A model generated the notes under the pieces. It had not been told where the DNA came from. It did no database searches and was given only the letters and a program-made list of their open reading frames with translations. From contig CM119382.1 in the NCBI GenBank assembly GCA_051294905.1, forward strand, positions 12,958,001 through 13,022,000: a stretch of 64,000 nucleotides of DNA. The letters run 5' to 3'. Position numbers and translations under genes: made by a program. Below, in pieces: positions 24,401 to 36,600 of this stretch (positions within the stretch are counted from its first letter, which is position 1; each line of letters starts with the position of its first letter). Source of the DNA: Botryllus schlosseri. Taxonomy: Eukaryota.

Positions 24401-27400
24401 TACCACTCACTGCTGTAATCCACGCCAAAACGGTTTGTGTCGAGCTCTTCTTGATCTCCTTATCACATAATCAATTTATTATACAACTGCGGGGATGCAA
24501 CATCGCCCATGTAGCTTCTCGTATGTTTAACGTAATGACGTGAGATATTTCATTACTAATAAATATAATTCTTCTAATTGCTGTAACTTACGTTTCATCG
24601 TTGCCTTGCCAACGACCGTACGTTATATTTTGATTGGAAATTAGGCTATATAAAGTTTGGTAGATCGAGAAGCTTTCCAATTCGGTCGCATCCCTATACT
24701 TTGCTTGTAATCGTACTGCCTACCTATCAAGACCTACCCTTTAGACCCTGTCAAATATAAATCACTGGTTTAGAGATAGGAATGTAATTTGATGTCTATA
24801 TCTAAAGTCAATGAAAATGTAACAGTCGCAACAGTTTAACAACAGTCAACTCCCTAGGCTAATCTTATCTTTAAATACAATAACGGTACAATCAACAGAA
24901 CAATGTCAAATTACAGCCTATTCTCCCTAATTCCTATCCCTAATAAGATACAAATCACTCGAAGAATCACGTAAATAAGGAACCGACTGGAAGGAAAATA
25001 ACTATGAAACCACGACGACAATGTCGACACAATGTCGACACAATGTCCATACATTTCTTGTGTTACAATAACCACAGCATCTTCATGCACAGTTACAGAT
25101 TGTGCTGACGCGTACATCCATTCTCAAATTCGTGTTTTCCAATATTTGAGTTTAATAGAGAACTCTTGGTGTAATGTCTTTAAATTTGACTTTAATACGA
25201 CTCTAAATGCCTTGAGATTTTCCCTTCTTGCCAAATTTTGATGTTCAATTCTAATTTAAATTTGACGCTGTCAAATGACATTTTCACGTTCTTGGCTCTT
25301 TGAAATGTACATTGACGTGTCAAGCCACATAAACTGTATGTGTCAACTAAAATAATGTTCCCTCTAATTTTTGAGGAGTCTACGCACACTCACCAACTCA
25401 CTGCGCAAACCCTTGGACAACAGTGCGTAACGACGAAAAAAAGGTCCTATAACTTCGGATTTTTTGTGCGCAACTTGGATTTTTTGTGCGCAGAGACCGT
25501 GTCAGCACTGCGCATTTGCGCACGTGTGCAGCTTAGAGGGAACATTGGTCATCTGTCCGTCGAATTGTCACACATCGCCCTTAATATTTGTGGAGCGACA
25601 GATTTCCATGTATTTTCATGATTTCCATCGGGTTCACCGTACATGCCGGTAGAAAAGCACTGGTGTAGATCGGTGGACTTTAATATGGTCTCAAACAAAC
25701 CCGAGGGGCCAGTATCAGTGATTCGGTGGAAACCCAAAAACACAACCGACTCATGCAGCAGCACACCGATTTACAGTAGATGTGTTTTCTACTCACAATA
25801 ACATCAAGGCTGTGCTTCATTCCTTTTCTATGTTTTTGTGATTCAAATGTAGTCTCTATATATATTCCCTACAGTAGAAGGGTATCACTTCTCGGGTATA
25901 TGCACCATATGCCACCGACAGATTCAAGGCAATGTTACCATCAAATGTTACCGAGAGCGTGACCGCACGATAGCGTTCCGGGCTATCACTTCTTCCCCCG
26001 TGGACAATCTGTAACGCACTGGGCCCTGCGCTGTGACGCTTGTGCGTGCAGGATTTGCGTTGCTTACATATTGTAAAAGTTAATTCGTGTGCGGCCGAAA
26101 TCTGTTTTAAACACTTGTCAACGAGTCGAATCTGGTCATGTTGACTTTTGCGATGAGCAAGGACTTCTCCGACACGTCTTCAAACGGGTCTCGGACAAGA
26201 GAATTTCCCTACGATATCGCTAAGTCGGATGCGACAGCTGGACCCGGTATTGTGTTTCGACCGATTACGAAACCCAAAATGTGGAGGGATTTGTGTCAGC
26301 TCCGAAGCGGTTTTATCTTGCTGGCGATACGTTGTTTGCCGCCCGCATTAACCCTTGGTGAGAGTTATGAAAGGCTTAGCGCGCCCACACATCGCGAGAT
26401 AGGCCGACTGTAAAATATATGTCGCAGAACGTCTTTTGAAGATGATCATGCTGTACGATTTGATGAGATTGCATAGTGATAATAATTGCCAATCTTTTTC
26501 ATTATCAAATCTTCCGGCACAATATGGGGAAGTGCGGAGAAATTGAGCGTCGCCATTTTGTTTGCTCACGTCGCACGGTGGTTGACTTTCTTGCGCGTAC
26601 CTAGATGATGACTATACGCGCGGCGAGCGGTGTTTCGTTTGGACGGATCGGCATCACCATATACCATGCAAACAAATGAAATCGGCCGAAATACCCGGGA
26701 ACAATGCGGCTTAGTAAAGTTTGGTTTTGTAAGTCAGATATTCAATTTACTGTGGAGAATTGTGGTTTGGATTTTCAATTTGCTCAGGTGCGACACGGAA
26801 ACGCGATTTTGTGACTTACTCCGGTTAGCGCAGCGGTGTAACGTGGAGCAACCAATGATTCAGAAAGCGATTTTACAGTGATAGTACGATATTTGCCATA
26901 GATTTATCCGCTCTCTTAAAAGCATTATTTGCGTAGGTGTTCCTTGTAGTATTTTCTTGAAAATCAACAAAACCGATATCTGTGGTTATCACACACGAAA
27001 TGTATACCTTGTTGGAGCAACAATACAAAATACCACGTCGCACTGCAGAGGCGGTGGACGCAGCCTGCATCTACAAATACCACGCCGCTTGTTCGTACTT
27101 CCTGTCGCTCGGCGAGCCGGATCGTTTTTGTATTTGTATAAATGTCTGAACTCTGGATGCCTACTTGTAAATCTTTCTGGTATTTCAATCGAGTTTTACT
27201 GGTTACAAAATCTGCGGAAGGTACCAGGTGCCTGCGTCAAACGCGAATAAATCTTTTTCAATGGAATCGGAACTTGCCAAAAGGCCGGCAGTTCGCCTGC
27301 CTGTCGGTGGCCCCCAGTCGAATTATCCATTTGTAATGAATATTGATTTTATATACACCAACCTCATTCAGGAATAGGCCTTCATCACTTCAGTGACTGT

Positions 27401-29739
27401 TAGACGGTAAATCTCAAACTAGGATAATCAAAATCAGAGCACAAAAGGGCTCTAGTGTGAGCTCAGTAAATGGAGGAATAGTGGAGGCCATAGCCGTAAA
27501 GCCAAAATCCAAATTTAAACTTCAAATATTGTAATGTCTTTTGCGTTTCAAATATCAGTATATCAGTATAGTGATATACTTCTTGTCATATCACATAACT
27601 GCATAACTGCAGTGCATGTCCTCCAAATGATGTATTTCCGGTATGTATTGTCTATGCATATAGCAATGAAACTGAATGAAAACATCGACGAAATGAAAAT
27701 ATGTAATCCTAGGGCTATATGCGACACAGAAGAATATGTACCATGGTTGGCCATATCCATTTAAATTTAGTATTCAAAGCCTAAATTGCAAAACATAACC
27801 CTCAACGTTTACGATCGAGCATTGATGCGTCAGATCACAAACGAACTTATTCGTCAAAAGCCGCGAGATCGGATGTTTTTGGTATATAAGGTGGTAGCGG
27901 GAACAAATGTATACTTTGGGCTTAACTTTCCTCATTACAGTCTACGTCACCCATAGCAATATAGTATGATTACATGCCTTGGGTGTGAAGACGGAGCAAG
28001 TCGGCACGTGCCTGTAACGTGTTTATTGAGATTAACTGTCACGATTCGTGAGATCACGTGCAATGGCCGGTTTGATTAGTTACTTTTTCACGGGGATTAA
28101 CTTCGTGGACCATAAATTCGCATAATTCATCCAGGTCATACCCTACTGAAATACTATTGGAAGAGAAACTGTCTTTGTGAATTTTTCGAACCTTCAATCT
28201 ACGAATTCGTCTGCTTCGTGAGCGACACAAAACTGATTTATACTTAATACCCAATTTCGTTAATAACCCTTGATGACCGGTAATAAATACTTCAACTTAT
28301 ATACAGTGTATTTGCACAAATGATGATAAAAAGAGCACCAAAAGTTATGCGATTCTCGTGTTTCTGGGATAGCACAGAACTGCACTATAGTCTGCGTGTT
28401 GAGTGAAGTATACCCTATTCTAAATTGGAAAGTAATTTTGCCGAAAGATAAGCTTCTATTGCGATTTTATCATATACATTTCGCATTAATATTTGACTAT
28501 GGATTACTTATCGAGTAACACGCGTTAAATCAACTACAAAGAGCCGGGTTGTCCACCCTTATTTATTTGACATAAGTATACACCGACAATATAGTGAGCG
28601 AACATTCCAAAAACAATATGGGCGTATAAGACAAAAATTACACCCTGCTCAATTGCTTATTGCTCAATGCAATACCCAAAAGCCGATACCGAAATTCCGC
28701 GTTGCTCATGAAAATGTCATTTTTAGAAATGTCCATTTTTTCGTTCTCAGTAATTATTCGTCTGCAAGACATTTAATGAAAACCAGAACAAGATCAATGG
28801 CATCGTGCTACCTGACACGAAGATATTTATGTCTGTTACGTTATCAAGATCGTGACGTCGTATTCAAATCATGACGTGAATTCACTGACCGTATATTATC
28901 AGTGAATGCTTTCGGTTACTCATGCTGCAGAATGCCTCGCGACAAAGATTCTGATTCGAGCTCTCCATTATACTTTTCTCTGGATAGTTATCTAATATAG
29001 CATATACCCCATAATCCCTTCAATGGATGCTCCTTCATTGAGTTTCCAACACGCATATTTACATCGCGACACAATGAGCTCTTATGCTGAGATTTCCAAC
29101 TTGACTGCCAAACGTACGCCATGTTAATCGGTGCATATAACCTATCTGTTATATAACCCGGATGGCAGACTGATAATAGTGATTCTTTAACTGAAGTAGG
29201 GCATGCACTATAATTGGGCTTTGTTCACCACGATTTGATGACCGTTGACCGGCGTATATTGGCCTATACAATAGCGATTGGTCAACCGTTCTCGTCAACG
29301 TTGTTACATTTTCACCCTTTCCTGATATTGAATTACTGCCCTATCGAGGTGGTCTTCCTCATCGGATTAATGTGTGATTACAGCGATATTTCTATTGCGT
29401 TCGTGTTTCACCCCGTGCTATACTCACATCAGCGAATTGGTGTGACTTATGTTGTCAGAAAACAAAATCATCGCAATAGTCATTTTATCGAATATAAATT
29501 TCAAAGCGCCGTTGTTTTCGTGACGGTTTATTAACTTGATAACATGCGATACTAAACGTCTTACCTTGGGGGAAGATGACACGCATTTTCAAGTAACTCG
29601 CGGTCAGCCTTATGATTGATGCTTTGTCTAATTGCGATGTAATAGCCGGCGATAACGGTAGCATCGCTGCCAATTCCGCGAATTCGCAATTCTCTTTCTC
29701 CCTTCGCGATCTGGCTGCAGTTTTTGACCTTTCTTTCAT
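4809..29739 (-). CDS. Sim: Single-minded (SIM) bHLH-PAS transcription factor, whole gene span. Exons 29565-29739, [24411-24458 candidate], 20097-20284, 19943-20038, 18082-18195, 17558-17787, 7711-7817, 7326-7473, 4809-6447; 898 aa (914 aa with the micro-exon)
   Basis: Exons join in frame across GT-AG introns and give bHLH, PAS-A, PAS-B/PAC and a long C-terminus. The diagnostic residues RREKEN and KMRVIFPQG match SIM rather than trachealess/NPAS1/3 (RRGKEN, KMRDF). Exon sizes of 175, 107 and 148 nt match my recollection of vertebrate SIM1/2 exons. Confidence 0.96.
7326..7473 (-). CDS. Sim: Sim exon, PAC motif (not in ORF track)
   Basis: (L)[48 protein letters not shown]; 148 nt; TTTCAG acceptor, GTGAGT donor. 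Confidence 0.96.
7711..7817 (-). CDS. Sim: Sim exon, PAS-B
   Basis: [35 protein letters not shown]; 107 nt; AAACAG acceptor, GTAGGT donor. Confidence 0.95.
8844..9576. mobile_element. MITE of the TAGGGTTGCATTTAAAAC family, copy 1 (carries a nested SINE)
   Basis: TIRs TAGGGTTGCATTTAAAAC / GTTTTAAATGCAACCCAA; colinear with the other two copies apart from the SINE insertion. Confidence 0.9.
9111..9389 (-). mobile_element. Full-length tRNA-derived SINE (279 bp)
   Basis: A box GCGCAGTGGTA, B box GGTTCGAGTCC, CAA-rich tail; 12-bp TSD ATATCGGGTGGT (9099-9110, 9390-9401); the empty site is visible in the paralogous MITE copies. Confidence 0.92.
10230..11070. mobile_element. Older copy of the same hAT MITE family as 59124-59838
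   Basis: Degenerate TIRs; TSD ACATAGAT/ATATAGTT (6/8); shared blocks such as CAGTTCCGACGCATTGGC and GCGCTCGCAG...GATGAAA. Confidence 0.8.
11781..12916. mobile_element. CA(G/A)AGGTGGTCA-family MITE with AGTAG/CTACT subterminal repeats
   Basis: TIRs; colinear with 55227-56492. Confidence 0.88.
12979..13060. mobile_element. Terminus of a hAT element with (GGAGTC/GGAGCC)n subterminal repeats, 3' of the transposase remnant
   Basis: TAGTGTTGGAGTCGGAG... Related ends occur at 10073-10125, 58964-59095 and 61128-61257 (CAGGGCT...GGAG / CTCC...AGCCCTG). Confidence 0.7.
13283..13540 (-). pseudogene. Decayed hAT transposase C-terminus (dimerisation domain)
   Basis: [84 protein letters not shown]. The P-T-x-A-x-V-E-R-S-F-S motif is the hAT dimerisation signature. 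Internal TAG at 13472-13474. Confidence 0.85.
17558..17787 (-). CDS. Sim: Sim exon, end of PAS-A / start of PAS-B
   Basis: [11 protein letters not shown]...[45 protein letters not shown](T); TTCAAAG acceptor, GTGAGT donor. Confidence 0.96.
18082..18195 (-). CDS. Sim: Sim exon, PAS-A C-terminal part
   Basis: TTCTTGCAG acceptor; [38 protein letters not shown]; GTAATG donor. Confidence 0.92.
19943..20038 (-). CDS. Sim: Sim exon, PAS-A
   Basis: GATTGCAG acceptor; [32 protein letters not shown]; GTACGT donor. Confidence 0.92.
20097..20284 (-). CDS. Sim: Sim exon, linker plus start of PAS-A
   Basis: CTTTCCAG acceptor; [62 protein letters not shown]; followed by a 58-nt intron containing an in-frame TAG. 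Confidence 0.93.
22954..23618. mobile_element. hAT (Buster/Charlie-type) MITE
   Basis: TIRs CAGGGGTTTTCAACCT / AGGTTGAGAACCGCTG; perfect 8-bp TSD ATTTAGAT. Confidence 0.93.
24411..24458 (-). CDS. Sim: Candidate 48-nt symmetric (phase 1-1) Sim micro-exon, (G)[15 protein letters not shown](N)
   Basis: Perfect GTGAGT donor, stop-free and frame-preserving. It restores the conserved Gly of FPQG. The acceptor (TGATAAG) is weak. Confidence 0.55.
25353..25547. mobile_element. Stand-alone 195-bp copy of the (C/T)AATGTTCCCTCTAA MITE
   Basis: Both TIRs; TGCGCA-rich interior homologous (inverted) to 45753-45933 and 48146-48227. Confidence 0.85.
29565..29739 (-). CDS. Sim: Sim coding exon 1, bHLH domain
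   Basis: [58 protein letters not shown]+G, then donor GTAAGA; 175 nt, phase 1. Confidence 0.97.
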
Positions 29740-29777
29740 TTTTTCCTCGCTGAACGATATTTTGAGATGGTTATTAT

Positions 29778-30283
29778 TAGGGCAAGTTTTTGTTGCAGTT
29801 AAATCCGTGAAAAGTTGCATTTATTTTTGGCAAAAGTTGCAGTAAAGAGTTGCATTTATTTTTTCACAAAAGTTGCACTAAAAGACCACCTTTTTCTCGG
29901 TTGACTAAAAAAAAGGTCATCTTCCCAGTTTCTCCCGAAATACAGTTTTCCATCCGCATTCACTATTGATTGACTAAAAAAAGGTCAACTCTCCGGCTCA
30001 GCTCCCGAAATACCTGTAAGAGCGTTACTTCAGTGCTGATTTACGGTATCTCAGTCGAATTTGGCCGTGTATTTCACCAAAATAGAAAATACCTTCATGA
30101 AAAATCGAAAAAGTTGCAAAATGTTGCAAAAGGTTGCAAGAAAAAAATAGACAAAAGTTGCAAAAAGTTGCACTATAAGATTCCTTCATACAGCTTAAAA
30201 CAGCATTCTACATATTTTCCGAGTATTTAGGAAGCTGCCGGAAGTTGTAAAAAAAGTTGCAAAAGTTGCAAAAACTTGCCCTA
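29778..30283. mobile_element. hAT-type MITE with AAAGTTGCA subterminal repeats, 38 bp upstream of the Sim ATG
   Basis: 15-bp TIR TAGGGCAAGTTTTTG; perfect 8-bp TSD GTTATTAT. Confidence 0.92.
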
Positions 30284-30304
30284 GTTATTATGCATTGGTA
30301 TATG

Positions 30305-30696
30305 TAGGGTTGCATTTAAAACAAAATCAATTTAAAACAATGCCCTAGTTTAAAACATGTTTTTACTGTGTTTTTGTTACAGCAATGACGTCACGAATAT
30401 GCAATTGTGATGTCATAGTGGATTGACATTGACGATTGAAAATATAGGGCAAACATAGCTCATTTGAATCGACTATTTTGAGGGCTCCAACCATCCCATA
30501 TCGTATACGTCGGCTATATCGGGTGGTAATTGTCCACATGCTCATAAAACATGTTTTTTGGAAAGTATTTACACTATTATGGCATAATTTTACAACTTGA
30601 AAAAACATTTTTCAAAAAAGCCTTTGTTTAAACACTGTTTAAAACACATATTAAGCAAAGTGTTTTATACAACCATTGGTTTTAAATGCAGCCTTA
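30305..30696. mobile_element. MITE of the TAGGGTTGCATTTAAAAC family, copy 2
   Basis: TIRs present; TSD GGTATATG/GGTTTATG (7/8); colinear with the copies at 8844 and 52590. Confidence 0.9.
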
Positions 30697-33600
30697 GGTT
30701 TATGCAACGAAATTGTAGGCTCAAACCGCTCAGTTAATATCCGCAGAACAGTTTGGATACTCAAGTTTCAGTTTTCGTAATTCTGTCTTGCAAGGCGCCG
30801 GAGTGCAAATTCTGCACGGTCTACGCATGAGCGGTACTTTGGAAACACTAGTGGGTGGTCTCCATGCTTGTTCAGGGTTAGTATGAAATCTGTTCTCATG
30901 TAGCTTTCGATTGCAAAATATATGTCGCGTAGCATATATCGTGATTAGTTGGTAGGTTTCTTGATAGCGAATTAGACAGTTCCTACGTGTAATGGACAGA
31001 AATTCCACTGCTCCCGATGCGCCCTTAAATTCAAGACTGATTTACAATATGACGGTTTGAATAAACTTCCAACTCCCGAACTGATTCTAGTGTCATTTTC
31101 ATATTCATTGTCTCAATATGATTATTTTTTTCCAGGCTGTTATATAAGATACTGCATACTACAAGTTCAAAAGCTTGCAGTAAAACAATAACACACTATC
31201 ACCAACAACTCTTCATATGTGACGAGTAAGTGCACTTTTTACGTTCAGAATGGTAAAGTGGTTTTGTCGACCGAATCGGGCATTTGAACGTCGTTGAGTT
31301 ACGTCATTTTGACGTGTACGAGAAATCTGAGCGACATGTTACCTAAATATTATATATTCACGGAGTCTCGCGACTCAGACGTAACAGACACGTTTTGTAC
31401 TATCGAATATCATGTGACAAACTTCTTACAGAGATCAAAAATCCTTCTTCTGGCTGATAAAAAGAAACAATCAATTTCTGCCCCTTGATTTCATTTTGTA
31501 AACAAAATCGGATACCCACCTCGGCGATGAGATAATTCCATTGCTGGACCGTTGCCCTTTCGGTGAACCGGTCTGTGTTTGCATTTTACGTCGAGTTAGC
31601 TGTCGGTGTCGAATTTGGAAGTTGTTGATTATTTAACTCATTGCACAGGTTACGTACTCGATAGTAAATAAAATTTATATATTCATTTAAAAGTAATCTG
31701 AAGAATATTTCACACGTGAGCGACGTAACGCATAAATGACCGAGGCATAAATATAAAATTAATAATAAGGCAGTATTGTGTATACTATCAATAACTTAGA
31801 TTTTATGGAAAATATTTGAAATCGTCTCAATCCACTAATCATACTTTTAAAACTTCCATCGCCATAATGAGAAAATTCTAGTTCGTCTATTTTCTGTTGA
31901 ATATATTACATCGCCCCCTGAACCCATTGCTTAATAATATGCTGCTGCTCTATATGTAGATGACCTTGCTCATCATTGGCATTGCTATACGATGCGCAAT
32001 TGCACAGTTTGCACACTCTTGAAAATAATTTGAAATAAATCCAAGCAGGCACGGTTCATAAGGAAACACTACTAACATGCATTACCAACGAAGATTTCAT
32101 CTTCATACATACCAATTTCTAGTGATATTGCTTCGATGATAGCTACTTTGTTATCGAAGTATGTACTTCACGGTGACATTCGCGATATGTTTTGTAGAGC
32201 ATGAGTAGGTATGGCCAAGTAGATTTCTACATCGACCGATTTAAAACGTTTCTGTAACCCAAAATATATCCATAATTGTATCTCTTTGTAGTACTTTGGC
32301 GTCATTATTAGTTATTGTACATCAGTCGTTTGCCGCATCGGCGTAGTTTCGCAGCTTTTAAGCCGCCCGAATAAAATATATACGCATGCCGTGCACCCAG
32401 AGACTATACAGGGTATAGCGGTCGTAAATTATGCGCCTGTATGTTTTTAGTTTTACTTCATCTTGCAACGGTACCGATCCATCAACTCAACTGGTTGCAA
32501 CTTGTATTGGAACTATAGCAAAGAACAGATTCCTGAACACGTCTCCTGTCTGGGGATTTAGGTCACCGCCACGCATCCTAAATTACTGGTTGAAAACTAA
32601 CTTAGAAAAAAGTATGATATTTTGATTATTTTTCTGGATAAAATTGAAGACTGCTTTCATTTCCATGAGGCGAGAATTTAGTCTCATTTTTCCAATTACG
32701 TGATGCCGACAAAGAAGCGGGGGAGTATGGCGTACAACCTCTATATGTCATACTGATTTTGACGCTGAGTATGCCGTACGGACTATTTGGGGCGCGGGAG
32801 TAGTTTGTATGTGCCTCAGAAATATGATGTATTCTAAATCCGTTTATTTATATGATGTTAAATGTCTAAAGTTGCTGATCACTGTTTGGTAAAAACTCCA
32901 TTCGACTTTACCATATATCAATGGATCGTGATGGTTATAATAAATACCAAATGAATCAATTCTTTTCCCTGTCAGTCTGCTACGTTATTAACCTCGTTCT
33001 TATCAATTTTATCTATCATTAAAGGCTGGCAAGGTATGGAAAAAACAACTCATCGATGAAATGATTTATCGACCAAACAACCTTTCATAGTTTACTCTCA
33101 TCTGTATAATAAAGTGACTTCATTCGCCACTGTTTAGTTTCACCTGTGCCAACACTTATAATTCCAAACTTCACTTCGTGAAATCATGATGTTTCCTAAT
33201 GCTCCGCTGGCTCTTCACTGTAGTGCTAGGTACATTCCAATCCGTACTCAATATACAGAAAATTGATAACAATATCACTCCCACAGGACTAAGTTCATTT
33301 ATTTTGGTTTTGTGTAAGCAATGTAAGATATTTCGTGCACCACAAATTAGCTATATACAGCTGGTGACCACCGCGTTATATATTCGGTTCATATCCGTGG
33401 TGATATTAGGAAAATATTTACTTGACTATCACATGTTGGTGGTTTTCAATTCTTCAATCCTTAAAATAAACAAACAGTACTCGAAGATAGATAATAATAA
33501 TCAACAATTATTGTTTATACACATAAAGTCACTGTTCTCAGTTTGTGGGCAACTGCAAAGGCTTCTCGGGAATCAGTCAAGCTATTACGATTTAGATATA

Positions 33601-36600
33601 GCAGTTGCAAAAGTTACCGGGGAACAATAGTGGCAGTATTATTGGATAGTCATTGGGCGTCCGAATATATGGTTCCTAGCCCTTTCCAACTTTCCTAGCC
33701 CCAACTTTCTTGCTTTCCCGTAGTCTGTGGTTGTTTGTTGCGGATTTCATCGGTATTATAACTATGCATATAATCTATAGTGAAGTTACCGTGCGCTGAC
33801 CCTGCCATGCGCTGGGTAAGGCATCTTTCCCCTAATTCTTCGACTTAGACACTGGGACATCAAGGGGCTCGTGACGTCACGCTGTTGTTAAACAATTTTC
33901 TCTCCCCAACAAATATTTCTATCCTGACTTCGCCTATGCCCACCAACGCTAATTTTACAAAAAGAAATGAAAGAAATAGTCGATAATACTTTTGATCGCA
34001 CTGCAACACTATATAGTAGGAGCGTTTATATTCAATATTCAATCATTTATATTTGATATGTTTACATATCACATGAATGTCACACGAATCTGCCAATACT
34101 GCAAGTAACCATCATGAACTTGAGATATTCAAAATTTAAACAAATACATTTTTGAACTGGTGAATTCACATTTGGAGTGAAAAGATGCACCTACTTACAG
34201 GTTCGGTCTAATGTGCCTTTGGAGTTCAATGTTAAACACTGATTTCGCGTGGCAGACGCAAATAAATGTTATTTCTTGAGGTGCTCTTCAACGCATTACA
34301 TTAGCTATCCCAACAGACCAACTAATATCGCGTTAAGGATCAGGCAGACCCCATCGACGGATTAGGCGTGAATCGATTTGTGTAGCTGTCGGCCATATTT
34401 CGATCCGTCCCCGATTAGGAAAATGGTGGACAATTTGGAAATCAACACCGATGAGCAGGACTCGTAGATTAGGCAGTCTATAAAGCATCTCTGGAAAGTA
34501 TCGTCTTATTAGAATGCTCCATACCTACACAGATATTCTGTCTTTACTTGCTCCTGTCACTGCGCGGCTCAATGTATCATCAAGGCACGGACGTAGACCG
34601 CCCAAAGCTGATATTTATGCTATTAACATCATTCCACAGTGCCCGAATGTCAACATAAATTATCAACTTCACTCGTCCAGTCAACTGCCATGTCCTGTTA
34701 CACCGCCCTTCGTTCGACACGAATAACACATAAACATTATAGTCCTGCCTCGTTAACATGCAGAAAGCTAACGGTGCTTGAAACACTGCCGTATGGACCC
34801 ACTAAATCTTAGCAAACAACCCACCCATTTACTGTACCCAAACAAAAATGGCGGACCGGCGCTGGCGTCTTTGTCACGTGATCGATTGATACCCGTACGC
34901 CTTGTCATTCTTGAAACAAACCTTTGGATAATTCTCCATACACGTTGTGGAAGGTTCTAGGCGATGTCTTGCCAAATGAATCAGGCAGCACCATATATAC
35001 TTCAATCTAGTTTGAGGTTTCTATAGGGTTTCTGCGCTGAACCGAGTTCTGTTTGCTGGCGCGAAATAAAATGGTGCGATGATAGACCCTGCTGGATATT
35101 CAGTTACATTGATTTGATTGAGTGGCGAGATAAATCGATTTACTTCCAGAAGTAGGCTACCGCTCACATACCGAATGAGATTCATATGTGATATTGAGGT
35201 ATTCTTCGATAATAACCACTATGCATCTGATATTTACCCTTATGGACAGTTATAGTCTTGACGCGGTGTGACTTATGGTATATAGTACGTCTATAGGGAG
35301 CGGCGGTGTGCGAATTACCCGCTTCTGTGATTCGGGTTTTCTGTGTTGAATTCAGCGTCGTGATAAATTTTCACTGCGAAAGGGACAGCTCGTATTGTTT
35401 TCAGCAGTGTCTCTGTTTGCTAACGGTAAAAGACCGTGTCAAATGGTCAACATTACCAAACGGGGCAACACACCTTTACACACAAAACACAAATGACGTT
35501 TTGGCAGTCAGGAATCATCAAAGAAAGTGTAAACATCTGAAATCACCACAAAAAATATAACCAGAGTATTGGTGCTGTCGAAGTTATATGCGCGGAGCTT
35601 CTCACGGTGGGCGGAGTCAAATTCCAGGGATCGAAAGATGTTGAAGTATCCCTATTGCATGCTCATTGAACACGTAAAGCCGTTACAGCACCTTCCTAAC
35701 CCGAATATCAGCGTTGCACATATTAACATACAGTTGTTGTGAAGTGATTATCATTTCATAAATATTTCTGTCTAAAACCATGTTTGATGGAAGCTTCATC
35801 AAATCCAACGAAGCATACCTAGAACACACTTGAATAATCGGCGAGATGAGAGAAATGTGTCAAATGCCAGCCACGTTTGTTTAGCGGACATGGATCGTCC
35901 GTTGGGGGACTCCGTATTAGCTTTTGCGTAACAATACTCTCTGATTCATTTGTTACATGTTCATCATTCACGACGTCAAGGTTGAAAATGCTGCCATGTT
36001 GATTGATTCGATTGGCCGTTCCACAACATTGCCTTGACAAAAGAAGAGATTGTTATATTTTCATTTGTAGAGCTTCTTGGAGTTACACAACTTCGATATA
36101 CAATTGAATAGTATATTCATATTATTTGTGTGCGTTCGGGTTTCTTACGCCGAAATTATTCTGACTAGGAAATTTGTCATTAGCAAATAAGCAAGCAATT
36201 TCGATTGATGAATCCCAAAATTTAGTGCTGTCCCATAGTCGTTAATCAGGTTCTAGCAGAAGTCATATTTACATACATATATGCCCAAATAAGCAATAAT
36301 GTGTTATTCTAAGTACATTTAACTTTCAAATATTCCAAGACATAAAATCAAAAATAAGTCGGCCTGTCCTGGAAAGGTGACTTCGCAAGACGGAACAAGT
36401 TACGTTAGGCTTATTTCATCATAAGAGAAAGTGAGGTATCCTTTCCATTGGGACGTGACAGGCCCAATGGAGGTATAATATCTACAAGTATACAACTATA
36501 CGGTGGACCAACATTGCCATTCGTCTAAGATTATATTCATTCATATAGCCATCACAGTTTTTAAGAGCAAAGGAATTATGAGTCTGCAGGTTTCCAGCCT

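Noticed and set aside
30730-30830. RRPCRIC...PNC, reminiscent of a piggyBac Cys-rich C-terminus
   Set aside because: Cys/His spacing is incomplete, with no upstream DDD domain, TTAA ends or TIRs
33199-33630. 143-aa ORF, and similar TTG/GTG-start ORFs such as 1988-2434, 6509-6919, 18952-19374 and 48131-48481
   Set aside because: Low-complexity AT-rich translations, often crossing MITE boundaries, with no motif or splice support
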